Below, one piece after another: positions 45,539 to 57,947 of a stretch of 64,000 nucleotides of DNA. Every line of letters begins with the position of its first letter. Position 1 is the stretch's first letter. This stretch comes from Octopus vulgaris (Eukaryota). Where the stretch lies: the NCBI GenBank assembly GCA_951406725.2, contig OX597818.1:18352001-18416000 (forward strand), written 5' to 3'. Below the pieces are notes generated by a model, which ran no database searches, was not told the DNA's origin, and saw nothing but the letters and a program-made list of their open reading frames with translations. The position numbers were made by a program, and so were the translations under genes.

Positions 45539-46416
45539 GTGTGTATCTATGCATACGTTTGCTCGTAGTGCCATTGATGCCCGTTGGTCGCATATGTATA
45601 AACTCATACACAAATTCAGTATATACACTCATTAAACTCACATTATGCACACATGATACTCACTTAAACATTTACAATTACATATATCAATACAAACGTA
45701 TCTGATCGACTAACGAACAGACCAAAGACAGGTGATACACTTATGCACAGGTAATGCACATACGCACATACGCACAGGTAATACAAATCGACACAAATAC
45801 ACACGCTCACTAACACGTATCTATACACAAATACATAAAAGCATATAAGCATAAAACACACACTAATTATTAAATTGACAAACTTCACCGTACCCCCTCA
45901 GGGTACCTATTTCCAGCAGCCGCGTAGAATGGTTTTAAGAATAACCCAGATTCCAAAGACAGCGTTCGTGTTCACCAGATAAGAGAGTCCTCTGAGAGAC
46001 CGAGAAATGAAATCGAATGGAAATATTTCGGAAATTAACCAATACCTGAACATTCTACAGTCTCACGATATATGAGTGTATGTGCATCTATATATAAGCA
46101 TATATATGCGTGTATATATATATATATATATATATATAACACAGGTGTATATACAGGTATATGCAGAAAGCGGAAATCAAAATAGGCATAGATGCGTATC
46201 ATATAGAGAGTGTATACGCCATTGATAAACTACTGTTATAAATGCATTGAGTACTAAAACGATACAGACGTAGCATATATACAAAAATAGATTAATAAAA
46301 AATAAAAAAATCGAATATTATACTAATAAGTTTACATACATACATACATACATAAATAAATACATACATACATACATACATAAATACATACATACATACA
46401 TACGCAGATACATATA

Positions 46417-46632
46417 CGAGGAGTACCTATAAGTTCCTGGTTTTAACAATACTGTGAAATGTGTTGTTGGAGGCCCAAACTTCCGAGTTCTTTTACAGGT
46501 CTTAGAAAGACTGAAGGACCACTGCTCTACGTGTGTAAATCTGAGAGGGGAACATACTGAATAAAATCACAAATAACTGATCCTCCAGTATTTTCTTGTA
46601 CTCAAAGCCAGGAACTTTGCAGCACCCCTCAG
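46417..46632 (+). mobile_element. Mariner-derived MITE
   Basis: TA-flanked imperfect TIRs cgaggagtacctataagttcctggtttt / aaagccaggaactttgcagcacccctc; interior resembles a transposase C-terminus (CVNLRGEHTE*). Confidence 0.75.
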
Positions 46633-47330
46633 TAAATGCCCTGGGCAGTCTTTATAGAAACCACCTAACTAGTAATTAAGTACATGAATGAGCATTAAAG
46701 TAATTCTATGTTAATCTTTCCTTTTTAATGTTTATAATTGATATATACACACCTTTTACCTATTCTGGTTATGATATCACTTTTGAAATTCTTAAATTTT
46801 ATTTTTATACAACATAATATTGTTTATAAACAATCACCCATAGTGCCTCAAAATAAGATTTCCACTGTATTAACATCTTACGTTTCTTAGTGTCTTGCCT
46901 CTTTAACTGGTAATTAACATCATGATTTAAAGTCTACCCCTACCCTACTTATTTTTATAGACAGTTACTTATATCCAATTAACTACTTCTAATGTCTTAT
47001 TTCCTCCCTGAGGTAAAGGGGTGCATATGATAATATTTACGACCATACCTAGCCATGAGCTGTCACCTCACTCTTGTCCTTTATTCAAAATAGACACAGT
47101 CTTCTAGTATTAGCTTTAGTAGTTGATAAAGATATAAATGTATTAGAAATGGATTACAATCCCTTACAACACTATGACCCCACTAGGCTTCATGCGATTC
47201 TTGGAAGTGTAGTCTATTCTTACCTACAATGGCGACAATATGAATTTCTTCCATCTTATTGCTCTGTTAAAATATTTGAGAAAAATTATATTAATGTGTC
47301 CTACTTGTTAAAATTCTATTTATTTATTTG

Positions 47331-47416
47331 TACAGCTGAAGATGGCACTACATTTAAATTGATATGATGATTGCATTGTTCACTTAAATGGAGCCGCTTG
47401 AAACGGTTGTACTGCA
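47331..47416 (+). ncRNA. Type I hammerhead-like motif with long stem II
   Basis: tacag CTGAAGA tggc...catttaa...ttaaatg..gccg ctt GAAAC ggtt GTA ctgca; core intact but 3 extra nt before GAAAC. Confidence 0.6.
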
Positions 47417-47489
47417 TCACTACTTGATATCCTGTTTCTTATTTTGATTTTATATACATATATATGCGGGTGAGTGCGTGCGTGCGTGC

Positions 47490-47531
<42 letters not shown>

Positions 47532-47538
47532 ATGTGCA

Positions 47539-47875
47539 AAGGCGCATAGCGCTGTGGTCAGAGCATCGGGTTTATAATGCTGTATTAGTGAATTCCATTC
47601 CCGGACCAGGCTGTGTGTTGTTTTCTTGAGCAAGACACTATTTCACGTTGCTCCAGTTCACTCACCTGTACAAATGAGTCGTGACGTCACCAGTGCCTAG
47701 CTGCATTGGCCTTTGCTTTTCTCATGGATAACATCGGTGGTGTGGACAGGGGTGGTTGGTATGCATGGGCAACTGTTGATCTTTCATAAACAATCTTGCC
47801 CGGACTTGTGCATCAGGGGGTAACTTTCTAGGTGCAATTCCATGGTCATTTATGACCGGAGGGGATCTTTACCTT
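47539..47875 (+). mobile_element. S1 SINE
   Basis: Colinear with the reverse complement of 1-227. Confidence 0.8.
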
Positions 47876-47909
47876 TTATCTCTTATGATTGTATGTCTAT
47901 ATACAATGA

Positions 47910-48006
<97 letters not shown>

Positions 48007-48426
48007 GTCTGTTTGTCTGTCTGTCTGTCTATCTCTGTCTCTGTCTCTCTCTCTCTCTCTCTTTATATATATATATATATTATTCTTAAACAGGAATATC
48101 ATTGACAGTAACTTAGAGGTTTCGACCAGTTAAGCCATCGTCCGACGATAGCTTAGCTGACCAAAACTAAGCTGGACGACAATATTGTCAACAATATTCT
48201 TAATCAAACATAATAAATTTGTATTCTACAAATATATAGAATATACGAATATATAGAATAACCCGTCAGATTAATGTAGAATTGCGGCGAGCTGGCATAA
48301 CCATTAACATACTGGGCAAGAATGCTTAGCGGCACTTTGTCCGTCTTTGCGTTCTAAGTTCAAATTCCGCCGAAGTTGATTTTGCTTGCATCTTTCCGGG
48401 AACGATGAAATGAGCACACCTACCCT

Positions 48427-48480
<54 letters not shown>

Positions 48481-49899
48481 GCATACATACATATAAATGC
48501 ATGCATAATTATGTAACACTAAAATATATATATGTATTTGTATACATGTCATTCTAGTGATACTGGTAACATGTAACCCAATCAAACTTGCGCTATGTTT
48601 GGATGTAGGCGAATAATCCGGTAGCTCCAACAATCCTTTTTCGTAAAGAGGGTGGTTTTTGTTGGACACCCTGCAGAACTAATTGCAATACCCATCAAAG
48701 TTGGATAAACTCTGCAGAGTCAACAGCTTTCCAGTATGTAATGAGAGACTCCTAGTCTTTATTTAGATATCTTGCTAGGAAAAAGAAAACTGTTTAACGT
48801 CTGTGAGTACGTTTGCATCCAATAATGTAGACTAGTTCTTTCTGGGTCAGTGCGTACGTTGTTCAGAGTGTCATTCCACATTCTTTAAAAGCTTCAGGTA
48901 CTGGTATGCCTGATTTTAACATCTCTCCCGCTAGAGATGTTAGAGCTGAGAGTAACCGAAAGAGTCAAAACACTCAATGAATAATTTCATGAAGGAATGA
49001 AGAGGGGTGATAGGCTCCCTGAGTACCTACTGCAAGTGGTGCCCATCTTTACCACATCTGTATAAAAAATCTTTTGCTGAAGTTAGTATGTAGCATTTTG
49101 TTTACATCGCTGTCATGAACTACTAACATAGGAGATAAAAAACAGATTTTATATAGACAAGTACTTTTAATTAGTGAAAGAAATATATACTTATTTATTT
49201 ATATAAATCTGTCTGGGGCCCCTGTATCTCTGTCTACATTTTTTTTCTACTTAAACATATACCGTTTTGGAATCAGGATGATCCTGGGAATGAAATTCAT
49301 CCCTTCATTTGGTTCTTAAACATCCAGTATTGGAATCTAATTTAAACGCATTTGGTTTGCTACTTCTAGCAGGTAAGATTGGCGGGTTCACGCCATCTTG
49401 GTTGACGTTTGTCAGATGACGTAAGAGATCAAAGGGGAGATAAATGACATTCACTTCGTTAATTTTACGTCGAGATAAGAACTTTGGAACAAATTGGCCA
49501 ACAGTTGGAATTCAACTTGGGACTGAAACAGTAGAATGATTGCATTACAGAATTAATTCTCACTTGTCCTTAACTTCTCCTCAAACACTACTGGGGAATA
49601 TAATCATTATAGACGTATTATAGTCATATTTAGCCCCCTTTAGTCTTTTTTCCGCAGGCCCAGTTAGCCCTACGTAGGAGCTAGCTTAAAAGTCCGCACG
49701 AGGGCCGCTTTTAAGGTAGTATTTGATATACAGAAAGCCTAAAATCCTTCTACATATACTGAAAAAACTCGAGATGAAAATTATATGCATTTCATAAAAT
49801 AACATACGTATAACCTGTAGAAGAATTTCTTAGCCAAAAAAAAAAAATTGTATAATTCATTAAAAAAGATATATGAAGAAATAAAAATATGAAGAAAAA

Positions 49900-50700
49900 G
49901 AAGCAAATAAAGTTTTACTACTTCTGCTAGATTTTAAATTTTGCATAAAATGTATCGATTGTTGACTGTATTTGCCGTTTTCCTATTCTTTAAGTCTTCT
50001 AATAACAGGTCAGCCCAATCATTACAAGTATCTTAACTTCCACGCGTCGTTCAAAATGTTGATGGTTATCTGAAATTCGTTCGAAAGCATGAATTACTTC
50101 ACGAAGGCTTTGTTGTCAAAACTTATTATGGAGGAGTCACTTCTTTGTTATCAGACCCAGACGCTTGCACTTCTTTTAACTTCCTTAGATCTTCATAGGC
50201 GTGGGTCTCGTTATCAGAATTCAATAAATCCTGAATATCATCTGCATGATCTTCTTTAAGTCCTACTTTCTGCACCATTTGTTCAAGGCTATTGCTGTCT
50301 GAGACCGTTTCATCCTCTATCCTATAATCTTTCTTAACAACATTTGATCATAATGAGATATTTCTGTTTTAGTTCTTCACTGGTATTTTCGATATATATT
50401 TTTTTATTGCTTGCATAATGTAATTTTTATATAATACTATATCCGACAGATGTTTATCATCAGTCGCTGTATTCAACTGTTTTAGTGACGTCTTTATCAG
50501 ATCAGAACGATAAGCAAGCTAAGACTTATGTTTCAAGTCTTCAGTAAGATTTACAACTCACAACATTGTGTAACGATCTTTTGTTACTTTATACCCTGAT
50601 GCCTTCCTTTCCTTTTTTGAGATGGTAGTTTTTACTGGGCAATCGTTTCTACGTAACTCACATTCGTATGTAGTTAAATATAAATTTAGTAAATATTCTC
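49900..50700 (-). mobile_element. Pogo/Tigger-like transposase remnant
   Basis: Minus translation VGLKEDHADDIQDLLNSDNE..YEDL and DHQHFERRVEV..CY..QSTIDTFY resembles Tigger C-termini; heavily decayed. Confidence 0.5.
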
Positions 50701-50980
50701 TTCTTTCTCTAAAACACTTTCAATAATGCTGAAAAATCCGATGCAGTCAGAATGTCAGCACTTGCTGATTTATCTATTATCAGAATAAAACGGAGATTAG
50801 ACTGTTTCTGAAAATTTTTAAACAATTCTCAAGAAGCAGGAAGCGTTTGAAAGAAATGGTCAGCTATTCAAATATATTTAATGTTTTTTTTTACTGGATA
50901 ATGGCTTGAGAAAGTGGTGAATGACATAGTGACTATAATCTACGCAAACCCTTGGAAAAACAATATTTTCCATGATATTA

Positions 50981-51557
50981 AGGCGGCGACCTGGCAGAAA
51001 CGTTAGCACGCCGGGCGAAATGCGTAGCTGTATTTCGTCTGCTGTTACGTTCTGAGTTCAAATTCCGCTGAGGTCGACTTATCCTTTCATCCTTTCGGGG
51101 TCGATAAATTAAGTACCAGTTACGCACTGGGGTCGATATAATCGACTTAATCCGTTTGTCTGTCCTTGTGTCTGTCTCTGTTTAGCCCCCTGTGGGTAGT
51201 AAAGAAATATGTATTCCGTCTGTCTTTATGCTGTGAGTTCAAATTCCGTCGAGATCGACTTTGCCTTTCATCCTTTCGGGGCCGATTAAATAAGCACCAG
51301 TTACTCACTGGGGTCGATCTAATCGACTTAATCCGTTTTTCTGTCCTTGTTTGTCCTCTCTGTGTGTAGCCCCTTGTGGGTAGTAAAGAAATAGGTATTT
51401 CGTCTGTCTTTATGCTGTGAGTTCAAATTCCGCCGAGGTCGACTTTGTCTTTTATCCTTTCGGGGTTGATAAATTAAGTACCATTTGCGTACTGCGGTCG
51501 ATCTAACCGACTGTACCCTCCCCCAAAATTTCGGGCCTTGTGCCTAGAGTAGAAAAG
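50981..51557 (+). mobile_element. Trimeric S3 SINE with 19-bp TSD
   Basis: Same architecture as 14199-14765; TSD aatattttccatgrtatta at 50962-50980 and 51558-51576 (1 mismatch). Confidence 0.9.
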
Positions 51558-51999
51558 AATATTTTCCATGGTATTATTGTGTACTTGTGTTAGTTTAAAA
51601 GTATTAAAGGCACCTGAAATATCTGTGGTATTTTGTTCTGCGCAGTAACAACATTATATTTTCTCTTTTTCTCTTTATAATATTTAGTTTCGTATCTAAT
51701 GATATGATTTTAACTCTTATATGAAATTAAGAAATTGCTACAAAAGTGCAACAATATATTACAGGTAAGCTCTCTGGAAAGCAAATCAAACCAAGTGTAA
51801 CTGACCGATGGGTCTTATTGTCGTGCACAATAAAGAAAGCAGATATTTCCTTACAGGAAAATTCAAATTCAAGTAGGAAATTCCAGATTTAACTATGCAA
51901 CGAGTTTCATTCCTTGAACTTGTTTGTGAAATTGCAGCACGATAAGCGTCGTCATACTAGCCTCGTACTAAGAGGCAGCGTCAAAATAAGTAGTGGTAC

Positions 52000-52245
52000 G
52001 TGTGTGGGGGATGTAACGAAATAGGTGCTTTTCTCCAGGCTATCGTCTCCGTCCTCCTTTTCCTCTTTTCTGGAATTGTTCCTCTATCCGACGAAGAGCC
52101 ATGCTCGAAATGTCATTTCTATACCAAGTTTTCCATGAAAAATCTAAAATTTCCACTGAGCGTCAATCTGATATGTCCACTGTGTACGTCCAATTAACTT
52201 TTGTTGTGTTTCCTGTTTTATTTTGTTCTTGGATTTGCCTTCACA
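52000..52245 (+). mobile_element. pLTR-type repeat with degenerate hammerhead (52085-52116), similar to 1532-1700
   Basis: CCGACGA a GAGC-cat-GCTC GAAAT GTC, followed by gagcgtcaatctgat and a T-rich tail into (CA)n. Confidence 0.5.
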
Positions 52246-52348
52246 CATACACACACACGCTCCCTCCCAAATACTTGACAAATATATTTAAAAATCAGAA
52301 ATATTGAATTTCTAAATCTCTCGTAGAGACATGTACGGTGGTGGGGCG

Positions 52349-52735
52349 ATAGAATGGTTGTATACTGTCAATCTAACAAGAACGTGACAGTAGGGGGTAC
52401 ACCACCGCTGTATAGCACTAGGAAGCATCGAACGCCTCCTGATGGCTTTGACACATTTTTCCCTGTGTCCTTATATACATTTACGAAGGGGAGACAAACA
52501 CCCCCGGCTGCCGGAACTGCATCTAGGGACACGTGTTTCAGGATCGTTGTCCTTCATCGGCCTAGAGTAGCAGACACCGGGGGTGTTTGTCTCCCCTTCG
52601 TAAATGTATATAAGGACACAGGGAAAAATGTGTCAAAGCCATCAGGAGGCGTTCGATGCTTCCTAGTGCTATACAGCGGTGGTGTACCCCCTACTGTCAC
52701 GTTCTTGTTAGATTGACAGTATACAACCATTCTAT
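52349..52735. repeat. Perfect 159-bp inverted repeat with 69-bp spacer
   Basis: Arms 52349-52507 and 52577-52735; identical peptides appear in opposite-strand ORFs 52354+ and 52554-. Confidence 0.97.
52517..52573 (-). ncRNA. Type I hammerhead ribozyme (U4C variant) in the inverted-repeat spacer
   Basis: ctgc tac tctagg CCGATGA agga-caacga-tcct GAAAC acgt GTC cctaga t gcag; all three stems pair; stem III ACACGTGT is palindromic. Confidence 0.85.
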
Positions 52736-53053
52736 ATTTATAAATCATTTTATTCAAAGTATAGCGTATTCTTGTGATTGTATATATTTTAGTTGTAAAC
52801 CCGAGCAAACCCAGCTATAGCTGCTAGTATGTGTGTTGTTGTCATTGTGTGTGTTGTTGTGTGAGTGTGTTTGCTTGCATTTACACATAAACACTAGCTG
52901 TAGCAATAGGTGCCCTTCCTCAGGTTTGTACCTACATGGTTGTTTATATGTATCCTATATGTATATATGCGTACGTGTATGTATGTATGTATGTATGTAT
53001 GTATGTATGTATGTATGTATGTATGTATGTATGTATGTATGCATGCATGCATG

Positions 53054-53086
<33 letters not shown>

Positions 53087-53885
53087 CTGGCTCTATGTAG
53101 ACGACGGTGAACAGGTGTGGTCGCCGTTTGTGAGGCACGCTTTCCCGCAGCTCGTCTCCATGACCGAACTGCAGTCGTGGATCAAAAAGAGGCCGAGGAA
53201 GGGCGAATGGCACCGCGAGTGTCGCGTTGCTCTCAAGCAACTCTGCCGTCCTGGGTCGACCTTAAGTGACTTCAATACAACCAAAGCATTCTATAGGGGT
53301 TTAGTGGAGGGGAGGTACGACGACGAGCTCGGGGCGAACCTGGACGTCGACGAGGAGTACCTGACCCGCCTGTTCAGGACGACTCTCGGGCCAGGGCCCA
53401 TGGACAACTTCCAGAGATCCCTGGCCTGGCAGTGCTACCGAGAAGCGCTACCCGTTCGGGATAAGCTCTACAGACACGGCTCGAGAAACACGGGGCCGAC
53501 CTGCCCGAGATGCGGTCAGAGCGACGAAACCGTTCTGCACGCACTCGTTCAGTGTCCAACAATTTCCGACCTGTGGGCTTATGTCGAACAACTGCTGTCA
53601 CGTGTGGGACGAGTCGGTTTATCAGCTGAGTCTATCGTCAATATTGTCACGCCTCCTTCCTTCAAACGGGAAGGAAGAGCTATTTTCATCATCCTTGTGG
53701 CTATGGCGAAGGAATGTATCTGGTGGACGCGTCTGAAAGGATTGGAGACAAACACTTTCCTCTCTGGTCAATCTCTCATCAACTTCTTCAAGTACCACTT
53801 GAAAAGGAAAGTGAGAGTAGAGAGGCAAGTTTTGTCTAGCGAATGTTTTAAAAAAAGATGGGTGAATGTAGCAAGAATGGCTACG
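53087..53885 (+). mobile_element. Internal C-terminal ORF2 fragment of the Tx1 family at 7632-11640
   Basis: Highly similar to 10766-11397; open frame with CPRCGQSDETVLHALVQC; embedded in (TATC)n/(TGTC)n. Confidence 0.93.
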
Positions 53886-53955
53886 TATGTCTGTCTGTCT
53901 GTCTGCCTGCCAGTCTGTTTGTCTGTCTGTCTGTCTATCTATCTATCTGTCTGTA

Positions 53956-54031
<76 letters not shown>

Positions 54032-54066
54032 TTGTACATACTATGTATGTACGTATGTATGTATGT

Positions 54067-54408
54067 CATTATTCAGTTTATTTCAAGATATCTTGTCAAT
54101 AGAGAAAAACCTAGATCCCAGGCTCCTTCGTTGGAATTTTAACATATTTGTACGTTTTATGTATGTATTCTCATGCATATAGTTGCATATCTAGACATGC
54201 TCATATATATTTAAATGATAGACTTCTGGAAAGTTTTACAGACCTTTACAGTTCTAGTGATAGATTGGATATGTAGTCTTCGAATTAGCTTTCTCCTTTC
54301 TGCTTCTGAGAAGCCTAATTTCTCAAGATTGGTATTTAGGCAGTGTGTTACATATTCCAATAATTACAGGTATAAGCCTGAACTTGTAAGCTGGATACAG
54401 TAGCTGCA
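54067..54408 (-). mobile_element. 3' end of another RLE-type non-LTR element within (CATA)n
   Basis: Minus translation LYPAYKFRLIPVIIG..LEKLGFS..RKLIRRLHIQSITRTVKVCKTF*, then a 3'UTR also seen near 3170-3360. Confidence 0.65.
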
Positions 54409-56510
54409 GGTATGTATGTATGTATGTATGTATGTATGTATGTATGTATGTATGTATGTATGTATGTATGTATGTATGTATTCAAATACCTACGTCAGTA
54501 TATGTATGCATATAGTTTTAGTGGGCGCATGTCGGCGAAACGTGTAAATATCAATGAGAAAACTGATAAATTGTTGCTTTCGATCGAAACTACTTTGCGT
54601 AGTATTTGAAGTACCAAAATTGTACCGACACTCATTTCTCACACTTGATTTTGTAAATGTAGTGAACCACTGATTGATATGTTGAAAACTCGTAAACAAC
54701 GTCATATTCCCTTAGAATATGCGATATAAAATAAAAAGTGATAAAATAATGAAGAATCTTAAGGGTTGTAAATCAGGGAATAAAAATTTAGAACAAGTGT
54801 GTTTAGTACAGGAGTTGGAATAGAGGCGATGAACCATAGTAAGAGAGTAAATGAGGCGGGTGGTTTTCATGGGTATAGGGATGCATATATTTTAATCCAT
54901 TTGCTACATCAAAGAAATGAGAAGCATTAAAATGCGGTGTAAAAGATTGTGGGAAGATACGGTGTTTGGTGTGATGTTGTTGGCAAATGAACATCTGCTA
55001 ATCATGCAGGTGACCTAGTTTTTTGAATGCAATTTAGAACGTTGTTGAAATAATTGTTGTTGCTTAATTTAAGGCTAGCCTTGGTGAAGCAGACGAATGA
55101 TTAAAGGTGTTCCAACGTTCAGATTCCGTCATTTTGTATATCAAGGACTGTAGGCACATGACTCAGTGGTTAGATTATTGGGCTCACGATTGTAAGGTCG
55201 TGAGTTCGATTCCCGGGCTGAGAGGGGCGTAGTGTGCTTGAGTCAAGCACTTCATTTCACGTTGCCCCAGTTCACTCATTGTGTGTCACGCTGATGCACC
55301 CTGAGAACTACGTTAAGGGTACACGTGTCTGTGGAGTACTCAGCCCCTTGCACATTAATTCAAGGAGTAGTCTGTTCCGTTGATCGGATCAACTAGAATC
55401 CTTGATATAACTGGTATTTCGTAACCGGCGAAAAACCAGTTATATCAAGGACTACATTGTCCAGTGTGTCCACCTGTCTTATAAGAGAGGGAGAGAGAGG
55501 GAGGGAGAGGGAGAGAGAGGGTGAGAGAGAAGGAGAGAGAGGGAGGGAGAGGGAGAGAGAGGGAGGGAGAGGGAGAGGGAGAGAGAGGGTGAGAGAGAAG
55601 GAGAGAGAGGAAGGGAGAGGGAGAGAGAGAGGGGGAGAGATAGAGAACGAGTAGATGGGTAGAGAGGAGAGAGAGAGTGTGTGTATTTTGATTTTTAAAA
55701 AGTCGCTGTTATTTTTAACAGGTCGAATATTTGTGTAAGCGTGCATATGGCTGCGGCGGTGTTCCAGATATGTAAAGAGTAAGGTGGTATGGAGTTCACT
55801 TGGATGACTTGCATGCTAGGTTGAGTAGAAAGCGATCAGTGATGAAGCAGTTTGTAGCAATATAGAAAACGAGAAGAAGGACAGGCCAATGAGCGCCAGT
55901 TATGATAATATAAACAATAAATGGTTGTAGCATTTTATTGAGCTAATGAGAGTTGTAGCATTTTATTGAGCTAATGAGAAATTGTGAAACCTCGCATTTT
56001 ACTGAGTTCGTCAGAAAGTATGAGGCGGACACAAATACGCAAACACACACGCACGCGCGCACACACACACAGACACACAGGCATAAAGACAAACACAAAC
56101 ACACGTATTTATTATAATCACAATATACGCGCGCAAACACGCACACACACACGTATTATAATCACAATACAGATTTCTTTATGCCGTTCTTTATGCCAAA
56201 ATTTAAAATCACTATTATTATTAAAATGAGGACAGCAAGTTGGAGGAATTATTAACAAGCTGGGCAAAATACTTAGCGCCAATTCTTCCGTCTTTTCGTT
56301 CTGAGTTCAAATGTCACCGAGTTGATTTTGCCTTTCTTCCTTTCGGGGTCGATAAAATAAGTACCAGTTGAGTACTGGAGTCGATATAATCGATTTATAC
56401 CCTCCCCGAATTAACTAGCCTTGTGCCAAAATTTGAAATCATTATTATTATTATTAAGTTTACTACGATGATTTGTAGTTTTACTGTATGCTTATATACA
56501 AATATATATA

Positions 56511-56816
56511 CACATGCATGAGTACAGAACCTCACCAACGGTGCAAAAACCATGAAGTACGTTAACAAACGAGGGCGGGAGAAACGAGTGAAATACGTAA
56601 AGAACGAAAAAACAGGACAAGTTAACACGGAGAAAGGACCCGTCAGCAGTTTTGACGTTGAATGCTCGAAATAAGGAGTAGATAGACAATCGACAACTGA
56701 TGAAAAGTCCTTTCCTTGTGTTAACTTTTCCTGCTTTCCGTTTTTTCCTCGTTGTTTACTTATTTCACATTATTTGCCCCCGTTGGTGACATCCTGTACC
56801 CATATGTGCATGTGCA
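56511..56816. mobile_element. Head-to-head pair of a (TA)n-associated repeat (family A)
   Basis: 56511-56640 is an imperfect reverse complement of 56706-56816; further copies at about 57945-58180(-) and 58233-58865(+). Confidence 0.7.
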
Positions 56817-56947
56817 TATATATATATGATGGGATCCACTACCTCAAATGTTCTTAAAATTTAAGTCCACATCTTCGTCTATGTAACTACCTTCACTATA
56901 ATGTTGACAATTGATATGAAAATTTTTGTATTAATGGAAAACCTCTA

Positions 56948-57036
56948 TAATTGGCTGATGAGTGCTCAGCATTTTAAAACTGTTGTAATACAACATTTAA
57001 TAAAATGATGTAGTACGAAACGATCGTACCAAATTA
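56948..57036 (+). ncRNA. Type I hammerhead ribozyme, copy 1
   Basis: taattgg CTGATGA gtgct [catttta/taaaatg, tgttgt/acaaca extension] agtac GAAAC gatc GTA ccaaatta; canonical core; palindromic stem III ACGATCGT; predicted cut after 57028. Confidence 0.88.
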
Positions 57037-57099
57037 CCGGAGTCATTCTTGTTGCTTATTTTGATTATATATATATATGTGTGTGTGTTGTGTGTTGTG

Positions 57100-57138
<39 letters not shown>

Positions 57139-57243
57139 ATATATTATTTATTACTTCATTGAACGCGACGCATCCATTTCCAAGTATGTTTATATAAACT
57201 TACTTGGAAATGGATGCGTGAATAATATATATATACATACATA

Positions 57244-57305
<62 letters not shown>

Positions 57306-57587
57306 TACATAGGTACAGGACGTCACCAACAGTAAACAACATGAAATACGAAAACAAATGTTAACTTTTCCTGCTTTCCGTTTTTTCCTCGTTGTTTACT
57401 TATTTCACATTATTTGCCCCCGTTGGTGACATCCTGTACCCATATGTGCATGTGCATATATATATATGATGGGATCCACTACCTCAAATGTTCTTAAAAT
57501 TTAAGTCCACATCTTCGTCTATGTATCTACCTTCACTATAATGTTGACAATTGATATGAAAATGTTTGTATTAATGGAAAACCTCTA

Positions 57588-57676
57588 TAATTGGCTGATG
57601 AGTGCTCAGCATTTTAAAACTGTTGTAATACAACATTTAATAAAATGATGTAGTACGAAACGATCGTACCAAATTA
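57588..57676 (+). ncRNA. Type I hammerhead ribozyme, copy 2
   Basis: Identical to 56948-57036 shifted by 640; predicted cut after 57668. Confidence 0.88.
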
Positions 57677-57739
57677 CCGGAGTCATTCTTGTTGCTTATT
57701 TTGATTATATATATATATGTGTGTGTGTTGTGTGTTGTG

Positions 57740-57780
<41 letters not shown>

Positions 57781-57885
57781 ATATATTATTTATTACTTCA
57801 TTGAACGCGACGCATCCATTTCCAAGTATGTTTATATAAACTTACTTGGAAATGGATGCGTGAATAATATATATATACATACATA

Positions 57886-57947
<62 letters not shown>

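Noticed and set aside
44819-45650. Long ORFs of 190-270 aa (also YIYI/VCVC/poly-I/poly-M ORFs across the window)
   Set aside because: These are stop-free readings of dinucleotide and trinucleotide repeats, not genes.
49360-49450. CAG|GTAAG donor with YY1/CRE-like motifs (another donor at about 51765)
   Set aside because: Short motifs are expected by chance; no upstream acceptor or open exon could be supported.
52833-54182. 449-aa ORF as a novel chimeric gene
   Set aside because: Only 53087-53885 is coding-derived (Tx1 fragment); the rest is microsatellite read-through.
54560-54595. CTGATAA...cgatcGAAAC hammerhead-like string
   Set aside because: G8 is mutated and there is no GUH or stem III; too degenerate to call.
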